A DNA stretch of 64,000 nucleotides from the human T2T-CHM13v2.0 reference genome, Homo sapiens. The notes below the pieces were generated by a model that was given only the letters and a program-made list of their open reading frames with translations, made no database searches and was not told the DNA's origin. Each line of letters starts with the position of its first letter. Position 1 is the stretch's first letter. The DNA lies in the NCBI RefSeq assembly GCF_009914755.1, contig NC_060927.1, one strand, 5' to 3'. The translations under genes were made by a program, and so were the position numbers. Positions 45,365-59,755 of the stretch are shown here, one piece after another.

Positions 45365-45927
45365 CCTTAACCGTAAACTTTATAGCTTTAGTTTTGTGAA
45401 AACATAATGTACATAATTGACCATGTTGTCAATGTTCACAACATTATTGATAATACCTGTGTGGTATTCCAGTAAATATTTGTTATAATTATTTAACACT
45501 TAGTTTATCTGGTTTGTCACCATTTATATAATATTTCAAGAAACATAATTCAGACATTAAAAATACATTTTTATTGTATTAGTCAAGACATGTTCATACT
45601 GATTATATTTGGTATTCTTTAAAACAGTGTCTTTTGCCTTAATTTTATCTAATCTGTAATTTGCCATGGTGATACTTTCACCCAAGCCAATATATACTTC
45701 CTTCACTATCTAATATTGATTCTGAAATAAAACTTAATAGACATATCTCACATTCATTTCCAATGCAACCTGGATTTCTTCTGTGAAAATCATCATAGTT
45801 ATCATTTTATTGCATTTCTTAGTGGAATATTAGCTACAGAAAGACAAAGTTCATATTTGTCTATTTTTTGGCATGAATCAGGCATTTAATATATATTTGA
45901 ATAGTGGACAAATACAATTGTTTTTGA

Positions 45928-46283
<356 letters not shown>

Positions 46284-46499
46284 ATGAGCCACTGCGCCTG
46301 ACCAATATTTAGTAAAGTTTTATTCTACTTAGTTTTGTTTCTTTCAAACTTGAGTCCATATACCTATGGTTATTTACATGATTGTGTTTTATTAAGAGTC
46401 CTCTTCTCAGTTTAATCCTTCTAGTAAATTAAATGTATTATCTGTAAAATAATTTTTATGCAGCCAATAAAAAATTACTTAAGAAGTAAGCCACTTCTT

Positions 46500-46778
46500 G
46501 TATGGGTGTGGTGGCTCCCATCTGTAATCCCAGCATTCTGGGAGGCTGAAGCAGGTGGATAACCTGAGGTCAGGAGTTGCAGATGAGCCTGGCCAACATG
46601 GTGAAATCCTATCTCTACTAAAAGTACAAAAATCTGCGGGGTGTGGTGGCACACTCCTGTAATCCCAGCTACCCAGGAGGCTGAGGCAGGAGAATTGCTT
46701 GTACCCTGGAGACGAAGGTTGCAGTGAGCGAGGTGGAGCCACTACACTCCAGCATGGCGACAGAGCGAGAATGCCTCA
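46500..46778 (+). mobile_element. AluS-type SINE lacking a poly-A tail
   Basis: Dimeric Alu ending gagcgagaatgcctca, followed by unique sequence. Confidence 0.9.
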
Positions 46779-47351
46779 GTATTCATATTTTTAAAATAAA
46801 AATCACCAACAGAATTTAAAAATAAGATTACTAAAAACATATAATGATTTTCAATGATTTTCAGTATACTGAGAAAACAGCTCATCAAACCACAGACCAT
46901 GATACCACTATTTTAATGTGAAAACTTTTTGTGACAGAATTATTCATTCACAGAAACTGTTGAGCAAATTATTTATCTCTTTGCCACAGAGAAATCAAAA
47001 TATGTGTTTCCCCTGTGCTAATGGTGTGGTATGATTGTCACAAACTAAAGAACCCTCAATAGAAATATGGCCCTACTATCTAGCTACTGTTGGAAATAGC
47101 AGCTTCACATCAGCTCCTTTAAAATTAACACTACAACCTTTTATTCAGCTGTCCTCTGCTATTTAATTGGCATCTATTCGACATCTCCATGTCTGGGTCA
47201 GATTTTTTATTTACCTAGAAATACATTGTGTGATTAATTTATTCTGGCGCCTTTAGAGTAAGTTGAGCCGCAGAAAAGTAGATGTCTTTTAGGTAAAATG
47301 TAGTGTTTTAAATAATGAATATGATGCTAGATTGGTCACATCTTTTTCTAA

Positions 47352-47641
<290 letters not shown>

Positions 47642-49832
47642 TGTTTTTAACATTTTAAAAATAAAATTCTTCATGGCTTTTCTCTGCAGTGCTGAACTTT
47701 GAAGCTTTTTATATTTGTTTGTCCTTATGTTGGACAAAGCTGACCCAAATGTACTTTCAGAGGGAAACAATACTTGGCTCAGACAGCTCTCACTAAACCC
47801 ATTTACTTGAATAACTTGGTTGTGAGAGTCTTGGTTAAGTTCCTATATAGAACAGAGTTGAACTTTAATACTGTGTCAGCTTGGTAGACCACAAAATATG
47901 TAAACCTGTTTTGTTTGATGAACAACAATCACCATTTTACTCAAGTATCAACAGCCTGGGGCTTTTTTTCAGTTAACTAATTTCCTTAGGTTGTCACAAT
48001 TCTACAACTGAAGGAAGTCAAAGAGCAATGGAGCAGTAATCTTATGTGACACGATTTGATCCCTGAAACAAATGTTTTAATTTTTTTTGTAAATGTACAT
48101 GAGGCATATAGAAAAAAATGTTAATTTTTTCTAAAGTCAATAACCTGAAGTTATTCACAAGTGTTATCTTTCAAACAGAATTATGTCATCGTGTATGGTA
48201 TTCATTGAAGAGTTTGCTTATGTCTGTATAGAAATATTAGGTGAGTTACACTCTAGATTTCTGGACTTCAATATCCACTATAAGGTGGTAAAAATAAACC
48301 AGCCCATATCATTGAAATGTACCAACTTTTGACTTTATTCTATTAAATCAAAAGAATCATTGTTCTTTACATGTGTTATATCTTTAAAAGTTCTTATTAT
48401 TTATTACAGCATGACAAAATGACAAATTATTCTAAGGAATGGAATAATGCATATTTTTATGCATATATCCAGTAAAAATAGATTTTCACATTTAAAGTGC
48501 TGTATATACACTAATTACTCCTTATAATTTTCCACTGAAAGAAGCAAGCACCACAACTGTTATTTTAGAGGTGAGACACAGAAAGGCTTAACTCACTGGC
48601 TTACTGAGGCATAATGTAGAGATCGTGCTCAGGTTAATTGTCTATATTTTGTTCTTATTTGTTCTTTGGCAACCCCCTATCAGTAGCTGTTCTCATCAAT
48701 AGATTGAAAATTAAATAATTTTGTATGTACAGTTGCATGTTTTTCTCATTTTAGCCAAAATTTAACAATATAAATATGAATAACTTACCTAATCAATGAA
48801 ATATGATTTCAAATAAAACAATTTACATAGGGAAACCTCATGGTGTGATGCAGACTCTCAAGAAGCTGTTGCTTATATACATTATATACTGTACCAAACT
48901 TATTTTTGTGCTTCTAACATCGCATAGATTGAATTTACACTGCAAAAAGACTATATAATTACAGCTGATATGGCATAATAAACTTGAATTTTAAGCTAAC
49001 AATAGATATCTTTTACTTTCTTGTGCAATTTATAGAAATTAAAACTAAAGTTAAATGCATTATCCTAATAAATTAGTCTCACATTACTGTGCCATTAAGT
49101 TATTATTCTTGTACTAAAGTTGCAGAGCATTGCCTACTGTCAAAAAAAATTAGGTTACCTGGGGATGAATATTCTCTAATGGTAAGATCACCAGATGGCA
49201 GTCATGGGTGAGCCCCAGTTTCTATTCTTGGAACCACCTGATACTGCCCAGCCTAAGCTTCTGCAAGTCATTCTAGCCATCTTCACTTTTGTTTGTTCAA
49301 TTGTAAAAAAGAGAGTTCAATTCAATACATATTTTTGATCACTTATTAGCAAAGTAATATGAAAGCAATTCGGGGACACAAAAACAAATGAAAGATAAAT
49401 ATCCCCCTTAAGAGATGACATGCTTAGTGGCAAAAGCATTATAAAAATTATTATTCTAATCAAATGCATATTATTTGTAGAATTTCAAGAGTAGTAATTA
49501 CTTTCAGGTGGTGAGGTCACTACAATTTATCTAAATGCTTCCTCCTCTAGCTAGGGCAACAATGTGAGCAAAGGCTTAGAACCTGACAAGCGTAGGATGT
49601 GCAAGAATGGTGGTGATATTCAGGAACTAACTTGTGAGAGTCTTTGAAGGCCAGGTTAAGAAGTTTGAATTGTTTTCTCTAAGCAATGGGTAGACATTGA
49701 AGGTTTTAATAGGGAGATTTAAGTGATGGTCTGATCTATGGCTGCTGCTGTTGGAAGATGCTGTAAGGCTGTTGTAATTGGTGGCTCTGCGCATATGGTG
49801 AAAGTTGAGCTTGAGAGGTCTGAACTATGCAG

Positions 49833-50209
<377 letters not shown>

Positions 50210-51954
50210 TAGATATGGGTATATAGATAAGGATTGACAATTTCAGTATAAATGTGAGATACGGAGGAGACAATTACTACTTTACCACTTATGTAGAGGC
50301 TTTCTAAGACTTCTATAAATCAGTTTTAAACTCTTCAAAATAATGATTTTCATGTGACTGTAAATTATAAATATTTCTAACTTCTATCTCATGTAACAAT
50401 AGGGGATATTTTCTATTTTGAAACTTTTTGTTTCACTATAAGCATTACTAACTCATTTAATTCAATGTTTCTGCTAAAATTTCTCAAGTTTTTTCTTGAC
50501 TAAATATAATGTCTCTAACATCATTAGGATGTGAAGTCATTATGTTCTTATGAGTGAGTGACAATTTGATAAATTTCTGGACAATCCTATACACGTATAC
50601 AAGTATATTTGGCTGCCCACAAATATAAAGATGACAGGAAGACATTTTGAAAGGTAAAGACCTTTATTTTATTTAAAGAAAATCCATTGAAGCATGAGAG
50701 AATGATGCAATCGAACCCTGCAGTAATATGAACAATTCAAGTTTTAAGCTATAGCGACAGGCAAAATCTGTTCTTAAAAATGATTTCTTTCCAAATAATG
50801 CCCAATTCTTCTGTATGTAGTATCCATACCTACGTGTCTTAGTTGTGTTTCTGTTGGTCATATTTTGTTTATGTCTAAATCTATAGATAAATTCACTTCT
50901 CAGGGTACAAGCTTTGTCTTTTTATATTCCACACAATATTTAGGAGAGCTCTTAGAATCAGAGAAACAGGAATTTTAAGGGACTCAGGAGGTAATCTATT
51001 CTAACCTCACACACACATACCACACACATACACACACCTTTTTGTGATGCTCCTGACTTCTGATTCTCTTGTTTATCTTTGAAAATGCACAGTGGGCTCA
51101 CTCTGTTCCAGCGCACCCCATCTCATTGTTGGGCAGCTCTCAGGATTAGAAAGTTCATCATTCAATTGAACTGGAAGTTGCCTCATTTTAATTCCTAAAC
51201 ATTGGCTCTTTCCTTTCCTGAGAAACATAGGTGTCTAATCCTTCTTTCACATAATAAGATTTCAAATATTTGAGGAAAGCTGTTGTGCCCTGTAAGAAAG
51301 CGAAAAGCACATAAGAGTAGTTTAAATTGTCAGGTTTGTTATGTCCTTTTGTTTGTTTTTTAATTTGCTTTTTAGCGAAAAACCCCCAGAAAATTGAGAT
51401 TCACTGTTTGTAGAGAGAATGTTTATCATTTCCTACCGCATTAATGTGAGGTGACTTTTCCTTACCAGAAAATTTCTGCTGAAATTTCTTATGTTTTCAG
51501 CTGACTTGTATGTGTGTGTATATATAAATATATATATATACACATATATATATTTTAATTACACTCTTTTCAAGCATTCCTATTAAGGATTAGGGTGACC
51601 GTAAGGAAAACAAATAAATGAAATTCAACTAATATTATTTTGCCTTTTAATTGCTACTTACTTAATATCATAATTAAAATTTACTCTTAAAATGTATTCA
51701 CTCTTTCAAGCTTGCTAAATTTTAACATTGGCATAAGAGTTGGAGAAATTTTTCCCGATCATTAAAACGTAATGAAAAGGAAAGGGGAAGATAGAAGATT
51801 GGCTTATTAGAGGATAATGCATCAGTTTCAGGAAATAGGGACAACAGTACATCATTTGTGTCATACGTTTTAGTTTACTGTGTGATTCTAGACACAAGAG
51901 ATTGTTGTTAAAACTCGACAATAACAGCAACATCAACAATACAACAAGCAAACT

Positions 51955-52790
51955 TTTTTTTAGTGGGCAAAGGACTTGAATAGGCATTTCTTTTGAAGAA
52001 GATATACAAATGGACAATAAGTAAGTGAAAATATGATCAATATCACTAGTCATTAGCAAAATGCAAAACAAAACCACAATGAGATAATACTTCACACTCA
52101 TTAGGATGGCAACTGTAAAAACAATACATAACAAATGAACACAATCCAGAAAATAACAAGTGTATGTAAGGATGCAGAGATACTGAAAGCAGTGGTACAG
52201 CCACTGTGGAAAGTTGTATCGTCATATTTCAAACAATTAAACATAACATTACCATATGATCCAGCAATTACATGTCAGTGCATGCACCCCCCGAAAAGTG
52301 AAAGCTAGGACTTTCTCAGATATTTATATGCTCATTATTCCCAATAGACAAAAGGTGGAAGCAACCTAAGTGTTCATCATTGGATGAATGGATAAACAAA
52401 ATGTGGTATATAAATACAGCAAAACATTATTCAGTTTTTTAAAAAGAAGGAAATTCTGACATGTGCTACAGTGTGAATTAACATTGAAGACATTATGCTA
52501 AGTGAAATAAACAAAAGACAAGTTGCATATTCCTCTTGCACGATGTTCCTAGCATAGCCAAATTCAGAAAGAAGGTGGTTACCAAGGGCTGGTGGGAGGA
52601 GAGAATGGGGAATCATTCATTGTTTAGTGAGTTAAGAGTTTAAGTTTGAAGTGCTGAAAAAGTTCTGGAAATGAATGGTGGTGACAACAATGCGATGTTT
52701 TAATGTCCACAGTGCTACAGACCTGTGCACTTTAAATGGTTTAAGTGGTAAATTTCATATTATATATATATTTTACCACAATAAAAAATA
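51955..52790 (+). mobile_element. L1MB-like 3' end (ORF2 tail and 3'UTR)
   Basis: aaatgcaaaacaaaaccacaatgagata, accatatgatccagcaatt, gatgaatggataaacaaaatgtggtata, ttttaccacaataaaaa. Confidence 0.85.
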
Positions 52791-52929
52791 GATCATTGTT
52801 TAATGAAATAATGAAGTATTACAAGAAGCGGAGTAACAAGAGTAAAAAAGCCTCTGATAAAAAATGTGCGTCACATCCAGCAACTGTTACATAAATGACA
52901 CCACAGTTTATCTGAGTTATGTCCTAATC

Positions 52930-53059
52930 TTTTTTTTTTTTTTTTTTTTTTTTTTTGAGACGGAGTCTCGCTCTGTCGCCCAGGCTGGAGTGCAGTGGCG
53001 GGATCTCGGCTCACTGCAAGCTCCGCCTCCCGGGTTCACGCCATTCTCCTGCCTCAGCC
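52930..53059 (-). mobile_element. Young 5'-truncated AluYa5-type SINE
   Basis: 27-T run, about 103-bp body with CpGs intact, Ya5 diagnostic GAGATCCCGCC (base 53001), perfect TSD tgtcctaatctttt (52920-52933, 53060-53073). Confidence 0.88.
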
Positions 53060-56000
53060 TGTCCTAATCTTTTGATACATGGAGCATTAGAAGAGGGAAA
53101 TGGTCAAGAGGAGAAATCAATAACATTTAAAGTGTGGTCCAGGCCAATGTGCAATCTTGATAGGTCTATTTAATGGGTTTTGAAAGGTTGCCTTAAGCAT
53201 TCTAAGAAAGGTTTTGTCTTTATCATGCAATAGGCTGCGCTGTCACTTTCAAATGGTACATGCACTTCCAGCAGCCATACCCTCTCACCAACTCATAAAT
53301 ATTATCTATAGATTTATATCTAGCTTTCTTTTGATATTTATGTTTTCTGTTAAACAGGTATTGCCTTTATCCTTAGCTTGTATAAACTAAAGCAAAAATA
53401 GGTCAATTCTATTGGGAATAATTTTGAAATGATAACTTTGAAACAGTTTCATTAAATGAGATTCTTTTAGATGAATGTCAGAAACCTCACTTTTTTTCTA
53501 TCAGTAATGTGCAGTTTGCTTTGGGGTTTTATAATTTTCTAAAACTGAAGACTTGATTGCTTTGGGGAAATTCAGATGCAGATTTTACCTTGAAGAGTCA
53601 AAAAGCATTGCTAAATGATGGATCAAGTGTAATGGGATTAAGGATTTTTTCCATCCTTTTTATATTAATTACCCATCCATAAAGAGAGAAACTAATCACC
53701 CTGTCCCTGACTAATGCTCTGTAGGCTTTTGGTATCTGTTTGATGAAACTACTACAAAAGATAAAGCTGGAAAAATTATTTTCTACTTTAGATATGCATA
53801 TAACACTAGAGTTGGCAGGATTTGAGTTTCTGAGACCAAATGAGTATGAAGTGATGAAATGCCAGCCACATTCAGAGAAGCAAAACTTAACAGCTATCTT
53901 TGATGTTAAAAATAAGTGTGATAAATGTGTTTCTAAAACCAACATCTTAATGCCCATTAATCAGGCTCTGCAGGCATAAAGCTGTGGCCACATGAACTTT
54001 GGCTGAAGATGAATATATACATCGTCAGGATGTTATGAGCTCACTCCCTATCCATAGCAAAAGTGTGTCTTGCTTAGACCTAAAAAATACTAGGAGAGAG
54101 AAACAGTGCAAGTCTTTAATATAACATGAATATTTGTTCATTTGATGTGACTCACTTTTATATAAAGACAATCATTTTACTTTTTGCAATCATTCCCTTA
54201 TGCAAATCCATCTTCTCTAAAACTACCTGGGGAGAAAATAATCCAGTAGCAACTCCTAGTACGGGGCAGTAAGTTCTCTGTGTATATGAGTGAATGGTCT
54301 TCTATATTCAAGATATTTTGTGTTAGTATGTGTGTTTTTTTCCTCCAGTGGGGAGTCAAAATTTAAATTTATTGAAATATTTTTATGATCGTTTATACCT
54401 TTAATTTTATTTAGCGTTTGAAAGTTGGAACAAGAAATAATAAGTTTACACTTTTATAGCAAACCCTATAGGTAATTTCAACTAATGGAAATTAAAATGA
54501 TCATATAATATCTTAAAATTATCTATAATGTATAAAAATAGACATATAGAAAGTCTAAATATGAATGAAAATGATAAAAATAGAGAGCTTGAAACAAGGT
54601 GACTGCAGAAAACCCAAAAATGTAGTTAATTGTATAAATGTAAATATTTTAAGCACTAAAAATAATGACTGTAATTGGATTGAAAAAAATTTAATATGCT
54701 ACTTACAGCAAAATAACCCAAGGTAAAATTATATCTAACATAAAAAGTAAAAAGATGATCACTTTTCTTAAGCACCATACAATACTGTTGGATGAGTAGT
54801 GTATCATGCCATATCTTCTAAGAGAAATAGAAAAGCCGTAGTTGTCACATGAAATTTTAATCTAATATTGTTATATATTATGAATATACACACTACAAGA
54901 ACACTGTGTGGGGGAGAAAAAAGGCGGATAATCCAATTATTGAATTTAGTACAATTGTACTTACATACAAAGTTTTGTACATTAAGCATGCAATATGATT
55001 CCTAGTATGCTCATGATTAGATATTTAATATTGGAGATGCAAATAATTTTCTGTACTACTGTTCTGAAACAAATCTTCAATCCTATATGTAGCTTGATGC
55101 AATCTGGGATTAACAACAACAAATGTATATAATGCTAGGAGGTATTATAAATAAATATAGAAGTCAGTTTTCCTTCATATATATGGGTTAAGCATTAAAT
55201 ATAGCAATTTGGCTAACGCATATTTCAATGACTCAAATTAAAATTATTTGCCTAGGCAGCCCAAAGAAATATGATCTACAGAATATATTTTTTATTTTAT
55301 TGAATTTTTATAATTGGTACACATTATACATGATATATAAAAACAGTACTTAAACATTGATATATAAAAATATTATTTGGGATAAACCCTTGGAATAAGC
55401 TTTAGATTATTAATAAATTGTTTGTTGAATTGCTTTCTTTACTACATCTTTTTGGAAACATTTAAAGCCTATTAGTCTCAAAAAGTACACTGTACTGTTT
55501 GTAAAAAGTGAGAAAGAAGATAAATTTAGAAGTTCTGACAATGGAGGCCCATGTATTACATACTTTCTTGATTCTGGAGGTACTGAATAAAAGTCTGTAG
55601 AAATATGCACTGAGATATTTATTTTGGTCATGTTTAAAATCAGAAAATTCAAGTTGTAGTACAGTATCTTTTGAGATAGACTATTATTGAAATAAGTGAA
55701 TTTAAACTACTTGGCGTTGTTTTTTGAATATTTACGTCGATCCTATTTGTATATGTTAAATCATTCTTAAGTTATAAAAAATGTAAAAATACGTGAGTCT
55801 ACTTAAACCTCAGGTTTAAGTAGACTGAGTACGTTTACTTCTGAAAGTTCTCTTTTGGTTAACAAAAGCTTCAATAACTTTACTCCTACAAAAGTAGTAT
55901 AGCACCTATTTTCTCCATTATACTTGGAATGCTACAATTGAATGATAAAAATAAAACTTAAAATTATACTTTTGAATGAAGAACATTTTACTTAACACGT

Positions 56001-57195
56001 CATCAAATTATACTATACATCTCCATGACTACATAAAATGAAACCAACATGATTATAATTTTCCTAATAATTTAATCATTATTACTGAGGTATAAGTGAA
56101 AATACAGTGATGCATTAAGCAGCTAGGCAAGTGTCTAGATGTCTTCTCCATATATTGCTAAGGTGTTTGAATGTTTACCTGTGTTCTTTTCAGTTTCTCC
56201 TTATAATTTTCTGACTGTCTTTCAATTTATCCTAAAACCTGCAGTGAATAAGATGATTAATATCAGCATTCTCCCCTTTCTAGATGGTGCTTCCAATCAA
56301 TAGGGAACACAAATATCCAAATTTGTGTGAATTTAGTACAATTTTTAAAAGTGTGTATATGTATAAAGAATGTGACTTCTTATAATGTGCATGAGATTTA
56401 ATATATGACTTTGATAACAACTGTCTGGCTCTTTAAAGGGGTTTTTGGTTTTTGCTTTTTTTTGGTATGTTTCTTTTATGTATTTGTGATATGTAGCAGG
56501 AAATCCTTTTTTTAATATGAATGCAAGATCAGTACAAAAATTACAATTTTCTACATTATCTCTTTTCTCTAAATTTTTCTGAATATGCAACTTCTGGGGT
56601 CATATTATTAAGGTACTATTTAATTAAGAGTAATAGAAAATATTCAGGATGAGGAAGTATCTATTTCAAATTCGTATATTGAGGTCTTTAAAACATGGTT
56701 TTTGGATAGATTTTTTTCCACAAGTGCTTAGACCCAGCTGGTAGAATAACTATGTATAACACATCTGAAACACAACTAAATTTAGTTTATTATTTTGAAT
56801 AAAAATGCGAAGCCAACCTTTTTAATATTTATGTTTACATTATCTTTTTCATTTAATAGGATGTTAATATGACCAATTGCACAAGTGCACCCTCATTTAT
56901 TTGAGAGGATTACTTTAGTACCTTTTCATATTTATAGTCCCATAAATATTTACTAAGCACGTATTATATGCATAAAAATGCTACAGGCACTGGGGATACA
57001 GCAGTCTATAAAATATAGGCCTGGAAATATAGACAAGTACATAAGAAATTATTTATTGATATTATGTTATATAAAAATCTTTTACATTCAAATTGGGCTT
57101 ATTGAATATAAATAAAATAAATAAGTAAAATATATAGTAGGTTATATACTGCTGTGTCTTATTGGGAAGATGATTTTTGATACCTGAAGAAATTA

Positions 57196-57591
<396 letters not shown>

Positions 57592-59179
57592 CTAAAGACT
57601 TAAATGCTATTTACTCTTAATTTAAGTGTTTAGTTTTTGCTATTACTATCTATAATTCACAAAGTTCTGCAGGATTTCTAATGTATTAATGGAAAACATT
57701 CTCCACACAAACAATATCTATATCAAAATATAGGAATGGATAAATGAATGTTGTTCTGATTAAAAGTAAAGAATGAGAATATAATTTACATTTCTGGAAT
57801 ATAAAGCTATGTTTTCTGATAGGAATCAAGTTTTTATTAATCACACAATACTCCTTGAAATGTGATCCACAAAAAAGTTTTGGCTGACATAGAGACGTGT
57901 CCTTAGGGAATTAATGCTACTAATGCTTCCAGGTATAAGTGATTAGTCCCTAAAGGAGAATGTGATGAAGAAATTTTATGGAATTGTTAAGAGGAAAAAC
58001 AGAGGGTCTGGGATTCATCTCTGAGAAAGTTATAAGTAAAGTAATGCACAGTGACTGAACAAAGAACTCCCAGAAATTCACTTGAGGAGCTTAAATGAAC
58101 TCAGTGATTTTGAAGAGAATAAATTGATTAATAATATAAGAAATAATAGGATGATAATTTTATAAGAGCAAAGTAGAGCATGCATACAAATAAGCATGGC
58201 ATATGCACATACAAATCAACCTATTTGACAGTTGTGATGTAACTTAAATCTTTTATGTGACTAAAGATCTTTAAAAATTATCCTTAGAAACCCATTTTGT
58301 GGTTAATTCTTTTATTCATTTAGTTAATCAATAAAATGCTATTGAAAGGCATCTAAGTGGTAGATGCCATCCTCATGTTGGGGATAAGTTGAGAAGAGGA
58401 TGTTGTCTTTCATTGAGATGAAAAAAGTAATTAAACAATAAAAAGTAGTATTTGTTAGAAAACTGAAGTGTAATATGAGATAAAGTCACTCTGGAAAGCC
58501 TAGTTTAGTCTGAAGAGTAAATGAAGCTCTTTCTGAGAATCTGCCATGTAAATTGAGAATTGAATATCAAGGTATCACTTTTTGGAAAACTTTAGCGGGG
58601 AAGTTTCTCTAAAAATAAGGGCATATTTAGTGTAAATTTAGTGCAGGCTCACTGAGGTTTCTACACAAGCAAGTTTGCATTTACTTCATTCACTATTTTT
58701 TCAAATGTTCATAGAGATATTGTAAAGAAGTCTACCCACAGAGATTTTTTTCCCATTGATTTATTTAACAATAATTTCCCTTATTATACCTTATTGTTAT
58801 ATATCTCTCTCTATATATTATATATAGTTTTAATACTTTTTAAATATACTTTTTAAAAAAACATTGCCCTTAATTTACCGTGTAAGAATTGTAAAGATAA
58901 TGATGGTGATATAAATCGATATGACTAAAAGAAGAATTGAAAGAAGATATATATTCTTTTAATATATTATAATTTATATTGAATAATATTTTATATATTA
59001 AATCACATATATCTTTATACATATAAATTATGCATATTCAAATATACATTTATCAATATTCCTAGGACATTAAAGTTACATTGCATCTTCTAAATTGAAT
59101 GCAAAATTAGTGGCAAATCTATAAATAGAAACACGATATATGCATAACTTCAAGTATCCTCCTTAAAATATTAATTACA

Positions 59180-59755
59180 GTGGTGCTTTTAACATACATC
59201 CACAATTTAACATACTACCTTCTCCAGGGGGAGGAGCTTAATCCCTCTCATCTTCAGTGAGGGCTGAAATTAGTGGCTCACTTCTTATAGAATCTGGAAA
59301 GGGATAATAAATTTACATTTCAGAAACCTGGAAGAGTCTACCTTAACTAAATCATCCAATTTAACCAGTAATACCATGTTGGCATCTTGTACCCCATAAT
59401 ATAATGAGATATGCTATGATAAAAAAGGAATTTCACCTTGTGGTAGTCTTTACTAAAATCTACAATTCTTGATCGTGAGAAACATCAGACAATCCCAAAT
59501 TGAGGGACATTCTACTATGTACCTTCAAAAGTGTTGATGACAAGGAATCACAGATTAGAAGAGACTAAGGAGATGAGGTAACTAGATGTAACATTGTATG
59601 TTAGCTTGGACGGAGGAATATAAAATTTAATTTTGATAAACATACTATCATTATGTAAAAAGCTAACATCGGGGAAACTGGGTGAATAGTTTATAGAACC
59701 CTATATACGGTTGCATGTCTCTTGTAAATCCAAAATTATTTCAAAATAAAACATT
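59180..59755 (+). mobile_element. L1MC/MD-like 3' end remnant
   Basis: gagaaacatcagacaatcccaaattgagggacattcta, gaagagactaaggagatg, ggggaaactgggtgaa. Confidence 0.7.

Noticed and set aside
51715-52134. 139-aa hydrophobic ORF
   Set aside because: Largely the antisense of an old L1M 3' end; hydrophobicity reflects T-richness.
53598-53979. Overlapping 119-aa and 79-aa ORFs in unique DNA
   Set aside because: No recognisable domain or convincing splice boundaries; length is compatible with chance.
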